NCBI GenBank assembly: GCA_040005235.1
Contig: JBDTZG010000020.1
Coordinates: 27,256 to 91,255 of the forward strand
Direction of reading: 5' to 3'
DNA: 64,000 bases
Origin: Acidobacteriota bacterium
Lineage (GTDB): Bacteria > Acidobacteriota > Thermoanaerobaculia > Multivoradales > UBA5704
Under the pieces are notes generated by a model. The model searched no databases. It had not been told where the DNA came from and saw nothing but the letters and a program-made list of their open reading frames with translations. The position numbers and the translations under genes were made by a program. This document shows positions 49,085 through 58,794 of this stretch, one piece after another (position 1 is the first letter of the stretch; each line of letters begins with the position of its first letter).

Positions 49085-49297
49085 CTACTCCTCCCCCCGC
49101 ACAAACCCCGAACACCCCCGAACCGGCAAAGGCGGGTACCTCAAAAACCGCGCATCCTCCTCCGCCAGCCCACACCTCACAAACGCGCTCCTGGCCGAAA
49201 CCGCCAGCCACAAATGCACGCACTCGGCACATAACCCCGGCGGTGCCGACAGCAGGTTCAAATGCCGGCGCGCCTCCGCCCCTTTTTCCAAGCTCAT
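49085..49297 (-). CDS. Small Cys-rich protein (70 aa), possible metal-binding
   Basis: GLCAECVH...FVRC...RYPPLPVRGCSGF (4 Cys); ATG overlaps the stop of the ClC gene (ATGA). Confidence 0.7.
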   Translation of the reverse strand: MSLEKGAEARRHLNLLSAPPGLCAECVHLWLAVSARSAFVRCGLAEEDARFLRYPPLPVRGCSGFVRGEE

Positions 49298-51417
49298 GGC
49301 GCGGCCACCGCGGTGATTTCCGGGGGCACTGCGGACTCCCCTCCCCGAATCAGCCGATCCAGGCGTTCGGCGGGACCGACGAGGACGAGGAGGTCTCCGG
49401 CTTCGAGGGTGGTGTCCCCTCCCGGGATCATGTGCTCTTCCTCTCCGAAGGCTTTGCGGCGGCGGATTTCGATCACTCGGGCGCCCCAGGTTTGGGGGAG
49501 TTTGGCTTCGGCGAGGGTCTTGCCGATCAGGTCGGGCGGCACGGGGACCATTTCGAGAGCGAAATCGGGGGGGAGCTCAACGTAGTCGCGGCTGGGTTGG
49601 TCGTCGCGGCTGGAGATGAATTTCGCCAGCACGGCGGGCCGGCCGAGCACTTCTTGGGCGTAGATGGCGAGGAGGTCGCGCTTGGAGAGGACTCCGATCA
49701 GGCGGTTTTCCTCGTCGATGACCGGCAGGCGCTCGAAGGCGCTGGCGGCGAACATCTCCGTCGCGCGGTGAAGGCGCTCGCTCTTCTTGACCACGTTTTC
49801 GACCGGGGCCATCAGATCGTGAGCGACCACGGCGGGTAGGTTGTGGGGATCTTCCAGGGCGTGTTTGATGTCGTGGAGCGAAATCGCCCCGAGCAGGCGC
49901 TTTTCCGCGGTCACCACGAACAGGCGCTGGCGATGGGCGGCGAGGAACTTCTCGACCACGGTCGGATAGTCGTCGCCGGGGGCCAGGGTGTCCGGGTCGG
50001 GACGCGCCAGATCCTCGGCCTTGAGCGCGGCGAGCGCCGCCTCCTCCATCCGCATCGAGACGTCTACCCCGCGGCGTTCGAGGGACTCGGTGTAGATCGA
50101 TGGGGCATAGAGCTTCCGGGCGAGCACGGTCGCGGTGATCGCGGCGAGCATCATCGGCAGGATCAGGCCGTAATTGCCGGTGAATTCGAAAGCGATCAGG
50201 ATCGCGCTGATCGGCGCGTGGCTGGTGCCCGCGGCGATCGCCGCCATGCCGACCGCGGCGTAGGCTCCCGAGGTGGCGGTCGCCGCCGGCCAGAGGTCGT
50301 GGATCGCCGTGCCGTAGGCTCCTCCTACCAGGGCTCCCACCAGAAGCGACGGCGTAAACATTCCCCCCGCGCAGCCGCTGCCGCTGGTCAAAGCGGTCGC
50401 CACGAGCTTCGCCGCCGGGAGAGCGAGCAGAAGCAGCAAGGGGAGCTTGCCGTGGAGCGCGAGCGTGATCGTCTCGAAGCCGTTGCCGTAGACGTACGGC
50501 ACGTAGAGGCCGAGCGCCCCCACGCCGAGCATGCCGATCGCCGGTCGGAGCGGCCGGGGAACGAACCGGAGCGCCCGAAACAGCGCTCCGGACCCTCTCG
50601 CGACCTGGATGAACAGGGCGGAGGCGAGGCCGCCGACGATGCCCAATCCCACGTAGGCGAACAGCTCGCGGCCGGAGACCAGGGCGAAATCCGGCACGGC
50701 GTAGATCGGCGCGGTGCCTTTCACGGTGCGGACGACGATTGTCGAGAGGACCGAGGAGACGACGATCGGTCCGAAGATCTCGAACGCAAAGTTGCCGAGG
50801 ATCACCTCCATCGCGAACAACGCGCCGCCGATCGGCGTGTTGTAGAGCGAGGCGACGCCGGCCGCGGCGCCGCAGCCGAGGAGGATCTTCACCCGCTGCG
50901 GCGACAGACCGAAACGCGAGCCGAGCCAGGTGGAGAGCATCGAGCCGAGGGAGACCATCGGCCCTTCACGGCCGAGCGAGCCGCCGCTTCCTACTGTCGC
51001 GATGCCCGCGATGGCGGCAAGCAGGACGGGTTTCGGTTCGACCCGGCCGCCGTGGAGCGCCACCGCCTCGATCAAGCCGGAGGTGCCGTGACCGGAAACT
51101 CTGGCCTTTCCCCACCAGAGGATCAGGCCGACGAGCAGCCCGCCGACGACCGGCGCTCCGACCCGCACCCACGGGGGCGCCGTCTGCGCCGCGGCGAGCA
51201 GACTTGGGCCGTCGCCCCAGAGCGCGTGCTCCAGCAGATCGGTGAGCCAGCCCACCGCGAGCCCGAGGAAACCGACCCCCAAACCGGTCGCGGCGACCAG
51301 AAAATAGAAGATCCGCTCTTCGCGGCTGGATAGCCCGAACCGGCGGGCGAGGGTGAAGTCCCAGGTGCGGACGGACTCCTGAACCTTTCGCCACAAGGCT
51401 TTGGCGCGTTCGGACAT
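49294..51417 (-). CDS. ClC-family chloride channel/transporter with CBS pair and TrkA-C domain
   Basis: GGSLGREGP, GCGAAAG, NTPIGGALFAMEV, GGMFTPSL, APISAILIAFEFTGNY; then CBS domains and a 'LIGKTL...GDLLVLVG' TrkA-C tail. Confidence 0.92.
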   Translation of the reverse strand: MSERAKALWRKVQESVRTWDFTLARRFGLSSREERIFYFLVAATGLGVGFLGLAVGWLTDLLEHALWGDGPSLLAAAQTAPPWVRVGAPVVGGLLVGLILWWGKARVSGHGTSGLIEAVALHGGRVEPKPVLLAAIAGIATVGSGGSLGREGPMVSLGSMLSTWLGSRFGLSPQRVKILLGCGAAAGVASLYNTPIGGALFAMEVILGNFAFEIFGPIVVSSVLSTIVVRTVKGTAPIYAVPDFALVSGRELFAYVGLGIVGGLASALFIQVARGSGALFRALRFVPRPLRPAIGMLGVGALGLYVPYVYGNGFETITLALHGKLPLLLLLALPAAKLVATALTSGSGCAGGMFTPSLLVGALVGGAYGTAIHDLWPAATATSGAYAAVGMAAIAAGTSHAPISAILIAFEFTGNYGLILPMMLAAITATVLARKLYAPSIYTESLERRGVDVSMRMEEAALAALKAEDLARPDPDTLAPGDDYPTVVEKFLAAHRQRLFVVTAEKRLLGAISLHDIKHALEDPHNLPAVVAHDLMAPVENVVKKSERLHRATEMFAASAFERLPVIDEENRLIGVLSKRDLLAIYAQEVLGRPAVLAKFISSRDDQPSRDYVELPPDFALEMVPVPPDLIGKTLAEAKLPQTWGARVIEIRRRKAFGEEEHMIPGGDTTLEAGDLLVLVGPAERLDRLIRGGESAVPPEITAVAAP

Positions 51418-51527
51418 GGTCGGGAGGAATGTATCACCGCACCGAAACCCAGCTTGATCGCGACGGCTCGGTGACGATTTCCCGAAAGGCTCCAAATAGC
51501 TATAGACACATCGACCCGTTTTATGCG

Positions 51528-51533
51528 TATAAT
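51528..51533 (+). promoter_or_regulatory. Consensus -10 box upstream of a candidate sRNA
   Basis: Perfect TATAAT in an AT-rich patch, with TAGACA at 51503-51508. Confidence 0.55.
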
Positions 51534-51539
51534 TCGATA

Positions 51540-51712
51540 GACCAAGCCTCCCGGGGAGCCACCGGCGGCGTCCGTCGTCGGACCGGAATCCCCACCGGCG
51601 GAAGGGTTAAAACCTTCCGTCCCTCTTCGGCCCACCCTAGCAGCGGCTCTACGGAGCCGCCCCCGCGCAGGTTGGCGAGGGGGTCGACCCTACCGGGTCG
51701 GCCCCCCACCCT
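51540..51712 (+). ncRNA. Candidate ~170-nt structured small RNA of unknown family
   Basis: Closing stem CCAAGCCT..CGGGG / CCCCG..AGGTTGG; three internal hairpins; final hairpin GGGGGTCGACCC-TACC-GGGTCGGCCCCC; no credible ORF. Confidence 0.6.
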
Positions 51713-51713
51713 C

Positions 51714-53042
51714 TCACTCGTAACGCAGCGCCGCCGAAGGATCGAGCCGTCCGGCCCGCGTGGCGGGAATCCATGCGGCGAGCAGCGTGACGAGCAGGGC
51801 GAAGCCGACGATCTCCAGAAGATCTCCGGGCGCCACTCGAAACGGCACGTAGTCGATGAAGTAGATCGCCGCGATCTCGGGCTCGAAACGGATCAGCCGA
51901 AAGGTGGTCAAGATCCAGCAGGCGCCCGTGCCGATCGCCACGCCGATCGACGTTCCGACCAAGCCCAGCACCCCGGCGAAGAGCAGAAACGTCCGCTCCA
52001 ACTGGCTCGGCGGCAAGCCGAGCGCGGCGAGCGTCCCCAGGTCACGCATCCGTTCGCGCACCAGAACCACCAGCGTCGAGGCGACGTTGAAGGTCGACAC
52101 CAAGACGATCAGCCCGAGGATTCCGAACAGCGCGATCTGCTGCAAGCGGAGCGCCGCGAACAGCTCCTTGTTCAGCTCCTGCCAGGAGGAGACCAGGAAT
52201 CCCGAACCGAGCTTCTTTTCGACCTGGTGGGCAACTTCTCGCGCGCGGGCCGGATCGTCGAGGGTCAGCTCGAGAAGGTCGGTGCCCGCGCCGCTCCCCA
52301 TCAGCTCCTCCACCACCGGCCGGCCGAGCAGCACCCAGCTCTGGTCGAACTCGGCAAAGCCGGTGGCGAACGTGTCGCTCACCCGCAGGCTGCGGTAGCG
52401 GAAGCGGGGGCGGCCGTCGGCGAGGCCGAGCGAGACCAGACGGATCACATCGCCCGGCCTGGCGCCCAGGCGTGTCGCGAGGTCTTTGCCGAGCACCACG
52501 CCGGCGAGCCCGTCCTTGCCGATTGAGATTTGCTCGGCGCGCGCCGCGAGCTGGCCGCCGCCGGGATCGACCCCGCGCAGGATCACTTCGACGTCGCCCG
52601 CGCCCACCGAACGGGCCGCGCTCGCGCCAGCTGCCGCCCCCGGGGCCGCGGCGCGGGCGCCGTCGAACGACAGCGAGCCCTGGCCGTAGACCACCCGGCC
52701 GACCCGCCGCACTCCCGGCACTCCGAGCAGGCGCTTCGCGGTGTCGGCCCCCACGCGGCTGGTCGCTTCCCCGCCCAGCGGGTAGATGACGACCGCGGCG
52801 TTGCCGCGCACCAATTTGCGTTGCAGGTCTTCGCGATAGCCGGTCATCAGCGCCATCGCCACGACCATCGCGGTCACTCCGAGTGCCGTGGCGAGCAGCG
52901 CCGAGCGCGCCGTGCCGTCGAGCAGGCGGCTGCGATGGCTATGATCCCCCCGCAGGAAACGCCAGGCGAGGAGCGCCGGAAGCGGCCCGGCGAGCGGCGG
53001 CTTGGGAGTCGCTCCCGAAGCCGCCTCGATATCAGGCGCCAT
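51714..53042 (-). CDS. LolC/LolE-type lipoprotein-releasing ABC permease
   Basis: [63 protein letters not shown]. Confidence 0.88.
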   Translation of the reverse strand: MAPDIEAASGATPKPPLAGPLPALLAWRFLRGDHSHRSRLLDGTARSALLATALGVTAMVVAMALMTGYREDLQRKLVRGNAAVVIYPLGGEATSRVGADTAKRLLGVPGVRRVGRVVYGQGSLSFDGARAAAPGAAAGASAARSVGAGDVEVILRGVDPGGGQLAARAEQISIGKDGLAGVVLGKDLATRLGARPGDVIRLVSLGLADGRPRFRYRSLRVSDTFATGFAEFDQSWVLLGRPVVEELMGSGAGTDLLELTLDDPARAREVAHQVEKKLGSGFLVSSWQELNKELFAALRLQQIALFGILGLIVLVSTFNVASTLVVLVRERMRDLGTLAALGLPPSQLERTFLLFAGVLGLVGTSIGVAIGTGACWILTTFRLIRFEPEIAAIYFIDYVPFRVAPGDLLEIVGFALLVTLLAAWIPATRAGRLDPSAALRYE

Positions 53043-54123
53043 GCGCGACGTCTGCAACGAAGCGATCGAACAGCTCCGCGGCGTCGTGCGGCCCGGGGGC
53101 GGCTTCCGGGTGGTATTGGACCGAAAGGATCGGCTTGCCGGCGACGCTAAGCCCTTCGACCGTGCCGTCGTTCAGGTTCACCTTGCTCACCTGGCAGCCG
53201 GCGGGCAGGGTGTCGGGATCGACCGCGAAGCCGTGGTTCTGGCTGGTGATCTCGACCTTACCGGTCGCCACATCGCGCACCGGCTGGTTGCCGCCGTGGT
53301 GGCCGAACTTGAGCTTGAACGTCCGCGCGCCGAGCGCGAGCCCCAGCAGCTGGTGGCCCAGGCAGATGCCGAGCACCGGTTTTTGCACCGCCAGGATCTC
53401 GCGCACCGCCTCGATGATTCCGGTGAGCGGCTCGGGATCGCCGGGGCCGTTCGATAACACGACGCCGTCCACCCCCAGCCCCAGCGCTAAGCTGCCGGGG
53501 GTCGAAGCGGGCAGCACGGTCAACCGGGCACCCAGCAAGGTGAGCGAACGGAGGATGTTCTGCTTGGTGCCAAAATCGTAGACCGCGAGGTGGCAGCGTT
53601 CGGTGCCTTCGGCGGCCATTTCGTAGGCCGCGTTGCAGGTGACCTCTTCGACCAGCGCCCGGCCGGTCATGGGGGGGAAATCGCGCACCTCGGCGAGCAG
53701 GCCCTCGATATCGCTCCGTTCCGAGGTGACCACCCCGCGCAGCGCGCCGCGCTCCCGCAGTCGGCGAACGATCGCGCGGGTGTCGACCCCGTGGAGCGAC
53801 GGCACCTCCGCCCGGTCGAGGTACGGGAGCAGCCCCTCTCCCCCTTCGCTGCCGGACGGCTCGCGGGTGAACTGGCGGGCAATGAAGCCCTCGACCCAGG
53901 GCCGCCGCGATTCGGCGACCTCGCGGTTGGTGCCGTAGTTGCCGATGTGCGGCTGGGTCATGACCACGATCTGGCCGCGGTAGGAGGGATCGGTCAGCAC
54001 CTCCTGGTAGCCGGTCATCGAGGTGTTGAAGACCACCTCGCCGAAGCGGGTGCCGATGGTCGTCGCTTCGCCCTCGAACACCGAGCCGTCTTCGAGAACC
54101 AGAAGTCCGGAAACTGGCTGCAT
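53032..54123 (-). CDS. carA: Carbamoyl-phosphate synthase small subunit
   Basis: [45 protein letters not shown]. Confidence 0.98.
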   Translation of the reverse strand: MQPVSGLLVLEDGSVFEGEATTIGTRFGEVVFNTSMTGYQEVLTDPSYRGQIVVMTQPHIGNYGTNREVAESRRPWVEGFIARQFTREPSGSEGGEGLLPYLDRAEVPSLHGVDTRAIVRRLRERGALRGVVTSERSDIEGLLAEVRDFPPMTGRALVEEVTCNAAYEMAAEGTERCHLAVYDFGTKQNILRSLTLLGARLTVLPASTPGSLALGLGVDGVVLSNGPGDPEPLTGIIEAVREILAVQKPVLGICLGHQLLGLALGARTFKLKFGHHGGNQPVRDVATGKVEITSQNHGFAVDPDTLPAGCQVSKVNLNDGTVEGLSVAGKPILSVQYHPEAAPGPHDAAELFDRFVADVAHGA

Positions 54124-54156
54124 GGTCGGCCGTAGCTCCTTTACGCCTGTACGCTT

Positions 54157-55215
54157 TTACGCCGTAACGCCCGCGGTCGAGGCGGCCGTCGAAGAAACCG
54201 CCGGCATCTGGCGGCCGACGGCGGGGGCTAGAGTTCGCAGATCGGCCATCAGGCGATCGAGCTCGTCCGGCAGCAGCGCCTGCTCGGCATCCGAGAACGA
54301 CTCCTCGGGCCGGTCGTGGACCTCGACGATCAGGCCGTCGGCGCCCGCCGCGACACCCGCGCGGGCGAGCGCCAGGACCATGTCTCGGCGTCCGGCGGCG
54401 TGGCTCGGATCGACCAGGATCGGCAGATGGCTGATCTTTTGAACCGCCGGGATCGCCGCGATGTCGAGCGTGTTCCGGGTGTGGTCGGTGAACGTGCGGA
54501 TACCGCGCTCGCACAGGATCACTTTTTCGTTTCCCTGATCGAGGATGTACTCGGCGGCGAGCAGTAGCTCGGTCACCGTAGCGGTCATGCCGCGCTTCAG
54601 GAGCACCGGCTTGCCGCAGCGCCCCGCCTTCTTGAGCAGGGTGTAGTTCTGCATGTTGCGGGCGCCGATCTGGACCACGTCGGCGTATTCGGCGACCGGA
54701 TCGAGCACGTCGATGTCGAGCGCCTCGGTGACGATCGCCAACCCGGTCTCCTCGCGCACCCGGGCGAGGATCTTCAACCCCTCCACCCCCAGCCCCTGGA
54801 AGCTATAGGGAGACGTCCGCGGCTTATACGCTCCGCCGCGCAGCAGCTGGATCCCGGCGGCCTTCACCCGCTCTGCGATGCGCATCATCTGCTCGTAGCT
54901 TTCGACCGAGCAGGGTCCGGCGATCACCGCAAGGTCGGGGCCGCCGATCGACACGCCGCCGACTTCGATGATCGTGTTGGCCGGGCGGAACTCGCGCGAG
55001 ACCAGCTTGAACGGGTGGCTTACCCGGATGACTTCGAGCACCCCGGCCGCCGATTCGAACGTGCCGCGCTCGACTGCGCCCAGGTTGCCGGTGATGCCGA
55101 TCGCCGTCCGCTGCGCCCCCGGGATCGGGTGGGCGCGCAAACCCTTCTTTTCAACTTTTTCGACCACGGCACGGATCTCGTCCGGGGTCGCATCCATCTT
55201 CATTACGATCAGCAT
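54157..55215 (-). CDS. aroF: DAHP synthase, type I-beta, with N-terminal regulatory domain
   Basis: [48 protein letters not shown]. Confidence 0.95.
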   Translation of the reverse strand: MLIVMKMDATPDEIRAVVEKVEKKGLRAHPIPGAQRTAIGITGNLGAVERGTFESAAGVLEVIRVSHPFKLVSREFRPANTIIEVGGVSIGGPDLAVIAGPCSVESYEQMMRIAERVKAAGIQLLRGGAYKPRTSPYSFQGLGVEGLKILARVREETGLAIVTEALDIDVLDPVAEYADVVQIGARNMQNYTLLKKAGRCGKPVLLKRGMTATVTELLLAAEYILDQGNEKVILCERGIRTFTDHTRNTLDIAAIPAVQKISHLPILVDPSHAAGRRDMVLALARAGVAAGADGLIVEVHDRPEESFSDAEQALLPDELDRLMADLRTLAPAVGRQMPAVSSTAASTAGVTA

Positions 55216-55311
55216 GTCCGTTATCGCCGTCTCGTCATTCGTCCATTTGGGACGGTATCATAGCGAGAGCGCCGCCTTTTACGGCGCTTGCTCTACCCGA
55301 GGAGCCCGCTC

Positions 55312-56127
55312 ATGGTCCGCCGATCGCTCGTCGCCCTCTTACTCCTTCTGCTGGCCGTTCCGAGCTACGCCTATACCGTGATCCTCAAAGACGGCTCGAA
55401 GGTCCAGGCGAAGAAGAAGTACCGGATCTCCGGCAAGAACGCCGTCATCACCCTGGTGAACGGCTCGGAGAGCTTCCTGCCGCTGACCGAGATCGATGTT
55501 GCGAGGACGGATCGGGAAAACCAGAACGACTACGGCGGCACCGCCGTGGTGCTCGACTCGGGCAAGCCGGACCCCGGAACGGCCGCCGCCCCCACGACCG
55601 CCCCGCGCGGCAGCCTGGCCGACCTGATCAAGAGCCGCGACGTCTCGACCCGCCTGCCGGAGCCCTCGGTCCGTCCGAAGGGCTCCGGCATGACCAGCGG
55701 CGGCGGGACGCCGAGCGCGAGCACCCCTTCGCACCCTTCGGCCACCTCGCCGTCGGCGAAGTACGAGGCTCCGGCGGCCAAAACCGCCCACCGCCCGTAC
55801 CCGAACACCGCCGTGGCCGACGCGCTCGCCGCCTATCTGCGCGGGCAGGGGATCGAGGAGTACCGGCTCTACGCGGGATCGAAGGGCGGCCGGGTGCTGG
55901 TCGAGGTGACCACGGCGTCCGAAGCCTCGGCGTTCAAGGCGCTCACGGTGACGGCCAACGCCCTGCTCGAGCTCAAAGACAAGGAGATCGCCGCTCTGGA
56001 GCTGGCCATGGAGACCCCCTCGGGCGAGCGAGCCGGCACGTTCCTGATCACCCCGGAGCAGGCCACCGAGCTGGCGGCGAATAAGATCGAGGTTTCCGCG
56101 TTCTACGTCCAGAACGTGCAGTTCTAG
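55312..56127 (+). CDS. Hypothetical exported protein
   Basis: Signal peptide, then YTVILKDG; Ser/Pro/Thr linker; AGGAG SD. Confidence 0.7.
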   Translation: MVRRSLVALLLLLLAVPSYAYTVILKDGSKVQAKKKYRISGKNAVITLVNGSESFLPLTEIDVARTDRENQNDYGGTAVVLDSGKPDPGTAAAPTTAPRGSLADLIKSRDVSTRLPEPSVRPKGSGMTSGGGTPSASTPSHPSATSPSAKYEAPAAKTAHRPYPNTAVADALAAYLRGQGIEEYRLYAGSKGGRVLVEVTTASEASAFKALTVTANALLELKDKEIAALELAMETPSGERAGTFLITPEQATELAANKIEVSAFYVQNVQF

Positions 56128-56148
56128 CCCCAGGCGACGACCCCACAG

Positions 56149-56185
56149 AGGGGGCGCAGCACGCTGAGCATGCTGCGCCCCCTAC
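56149..56185. repeat. GTAG-type REP hairpin
   Basis: AGGGGGCGCAGCA-N9-TGCTGCGCCCCCT followed by AC (reads GTAG on the minus strand). Confidence 0.65.
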
Positions 56186-56212
56186 CTGCCCTCACCCCTT
56201 AGGAGATTCCCC

Positions 56213-56683
56213 ATGTCCGATTGGATCGAAGAAGGCGCCGATGCGCCCGACTTTTCCCTCGCTGCCGACGATGGCCGCGAAGTTCGGCTTTCCGCGCTGC
56301 GCGGCAAGCCGGTCGTCCTCTATTTCTACCCGAAGGACGACACCCCCGGCTGCACCAAGGAAGCCTGCGCGTTCCGCGACCGCCGCTCGGAGGTCGAAGA
56401 GCGCGGCGCGGTCGTCCTCGGCGTCTCGCCCGACACCGTCGCGAGCCATGGCAAATTCCGCGATAAATACAGCCTGAACTTCCCGCTGCTCGCCGATCCC
56501 GACCACGCGGTCGCCGACTCCTACGGAGCTTGGCGCGAGAAGAACATGTACGGCAAGGTATCGATGGGCATTCAGCGCTCGACCTTCCTGATCGATGCCA
56601 AAGGCATCGTGCGCAAGGTCTGGAAGAAGGTCTCGGTCGACGGCCACGACGAGCAGGTGCTCGCCGCCCTGGCCGGGCTGTAA
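56213..56683 (+). CDS. bcp: Thioredoxin-dependent thiol peroxidase
   Basis: LYFYPKDDTPGCTKEACAFRD, GVSPD, RSTFLID. Confidence 0.97.
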   Translation: MSDWIEEGADAPDFSLAADDGREVRLSALRGKPVVLYFYPKDDTPGCTKEACAFRDRRSEVEERGAVVLGVSPDTVASHGKFRDKYSLNFPLLADPDHAVADSYGAWREKNMYGKVSMGIQRSTFLIDAKGIVRKVWKKVSVDGHDEQVLAALAGL

Positions 56684-56692
56684 CTGCCGCGC

Positions 56693-57574
56693 GTGCCCAA
56701 CATCCGCCTTCGGGCGCGCGCCGCGCTCCTATTCTCGGCCCTGATCTGGGGCACGACGTTCGTGATCGTCCAGCGGGCGATCGCGGATCTGCCCGTGTTC
56801 CACCTGATGGCGGCCCGGTTTCTGCTCGCGCTGGTGCTGCTCCTGCCGTTTGCCCGCGGGGTCGTCTGGCGGAGAGAGACGTTCCGGCATGGGGCGATCC
56901 TCGGCCTGCTGCTGTTTGCGGGCTTTGCGCTCCAAAACTACGGCCTGCTGGGGACGACCCCTTCCCGTTCGGCGTTTCTGACCGGGCTGTCGGTGGTGAT
57001 CGTGCCGTTCCTCGGCAAGATTCTCGGACGAACGATCAAGCCTGGACCGGCGATCGGCTCGATGGTCGCCGCGGCGGGCCTCTGGGTACTGTTCCGGCCG
57101 GCGGCGGGAGAGGCGGGCCGCGCGTTCACCTGGGGAGATGGGATTACGCTGATCTCGGCGTTCGTCTTCGCGGTCTATGTCCTGGCGGTCGAGACCGCCG
57201 TGGCCCGCGAGCCGATCCGCGGCCTGGTGATCGTCCAATTCGGCTTGATCGCCCTGCTCGCCGCGCCGTCCCTGCTGATCGTGCCGCCCACCCGGGCGGA
57301 ATTCACGCCCTATGCCCTGTTCGCGATCCTGCTCACGGGGGTCCTCGCGACCGCCGCCGCTTTCCTCTGCCAGCTGTACGCCCAGCAACACCTCTCGGCG
57401 GTCGAGACGGGCGTCATTTTCACTCTGGAACCGGTTTTCGCCACGGCGTTTTCGGTCGCTGTCGGGGTCGAAGCCTGGACCCACCAACTCGCCCTCGGCG
57501 GCGCGCTCGTGATGGCGGCCATGCTGGTCACCGAGCTGTGGGGCGGCGCTGAAGGGGCGGCGCCTCCGACCTGA
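56693..57574 (+). CDS. DMT/EamA-family transporter
   Basis: IWGTTF, ARF, GFALQNYGL, SAFLTGL, LEPVFA; ten TM segments. Confidence 0.92.
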   Translation: MPNIRLRARAALLFSALIWGTTFVIVQRAIADLPVFHLMAARFLLALVLLLPFARGVVWRRETFRHGAILGLLLFAGFALQNYGLLGTTPSRSAFLTGLSVVIVPFLGKILGRTIKPGPAIGSMVAAAGLWVLFRPAAGEAGRAFTWGDGITLISAFVFAVYVLAVETAVAREPIRGLVIVQFGLIALLAAPSLLIVPPTRAEFTPYALFAILLTGVLATAAAFLCQLYAQQHLSAVETGVIFTLEPVFATAFSVAVGVEAWTHQLALGGALVMAAMLVTELWGGAEGAAPPT

Positions 57575-57670
57575 GGCTCCCCGCCCGCCGGTTTGTCCCA
57601 CTTCAGGGCCACCGGATACACTGTTCCCTTCGGCTCGAACAAATTCTTCTACTTCAGGCAAGGAGCGGTC

Positions 57671-58762
57671 ATGGGTCTCTTCCAAGATATGGCGGCGATG
57701 GGGCACGAACGGGTGGTGTTCTGCTCGAACCCGGACGTGGGCCTGGAGGCCATCATCGCCGTCCACTCGACGGTTCTCGGTCCGGGCTTGGGCGGCGTGC
57801 GGATGTGGCCCTATGCCAATACCGACGAGGCTCTGCACGACGTGCTCCGCCTGTCACGCGGCATGACCTATAAAGCCGCGGCGGCGGGCCTGACGCTCGG
57901 GGGGGCCAAGGCGGTCATTCTGGGCGACGCGAAAAAGGACAAGACGGAGGCGCTGCTGCGCTGCTTCGGCCAGTACGTCGAATCGCTCGGCGGCGACTAC
58001 ATCACCGCTGAGGACGTCGGCACGAGCGTCCGCGACATGGAAACGATTCTCGCCGAGACCCGTTGGGTGACGGGGGTCTCCGACGCCATGGGCGGCAGCG
58101 GCGATCCCTCGCCGGTGACCGCGTTCGGGGTCCTCCAGGGGATGAAGGCCGCCGCGGAGGTGGCCTACGGCAATTCGGCGCTCGGCGGGAAAAGCGTGGC
58201 GATTCAAGGGCTGGGCAACGTCGGCTTCCACCTCGCGGGCTATCTCCAAGAGGAGGGCGCCAAGGTGATCGGCGCCGATGTCTACCCTCAGGCCCAGGAG
58301 CGGGCGCGCGCCGCCGGGGTCGAAATCGTCTCGACGGACGAGATTTTGGGAGTCGCTTGCGACATCGTCGCCCCCTGCGCACTTGGCGCCACGATCAACC
58401 CCGAGACGATCCCGAGCTTGAAGTGCCGGATCGTCGCCGGAGCCGCGAACAATCAGCTCGCCGAAGAGGAGCGCGACGGCGCCGACCTCCACGCCCGGGG
58501 CATTCTCTACGCCCCCGATTTCGTCGGCAACGCGGGCGGGCTGATCAACGTCTACAACGAGCTGATGCCGAGCTACAACCGCGAGCGGGCGAAAAGGATG
58601 GCCACGGGGATCTTCGACAACATGATGCGAGTCTTCGAGATCTCGCGCATCGAGTCGATCCCAACCCAAATCGCCGCCGAGCGTCTTGCCGAAGAGCGCA
58701 TCAGCAAGATGAAAGGCCTCCGCCCCAAGCACTGGGGACGGCTGATCCACGGGGCGCGGTAG
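57671..58762 (+). CDS. Leu/Phe/Val dehydrogenase
   Basis: GPGLGGVRM, LSRGMTYK, GGAKAVI, YITAEDVG, GDPSPVTA, QGLGNVG, GAANNQL; AAGGAG SD. Confidence 0.93.
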   Translation: MGLFQDMAAMGHERVVFCSNPDVGLEAIIAVHSTVLGPGLGGVRMWPYANTDEALHDVLRLSRGMTYKAAAAGLTLGGAKAVILGDAKKDKTEALLRCFGQYVESLGGDYITAEDVGTSVRDMETILAETRWVTGVSDAMGGSGDPSPVTAFGVLQGMKAAAEVAYGNSALGGKSVAIQGLGNVGFHLAGYLQEEGAKVIGADVYPQAQERARAAGVEIVSTDEILGVACDIVAPCALGATINPETIPSLKCRIVAGAANNQLAEEERDGADLHARGILYAPDFVGNAGGLINVYNELMPSYNRERAKRMATGIFDNMMRVFEISRIESIPTQIAAERLAEERISKMKGLRPKHWGRLIHGAR

Positions 58763-58794
58763 GGCGGGGCATTCGAGGTGCCCTGAGCCACCCA

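Noticed and set aside
51540-51712. Assignment of the candidate sRNA to SRP RNA, tRNA-Sec, or c-di-GMP/c-di-AMP riboswitches
   Set aside because: The diagnostic motifs (SRP domain IV loop, tRNA T-arm and CCA end, riboswitch consensus segments) are not found on either strand.
58063-58794. Apparent long N-terminal extension or fusion of the YhcG-family ORF
   Set aside because: It overlaps the dehydrogenase gene in another frame and is low-complexity Arg-rich text.
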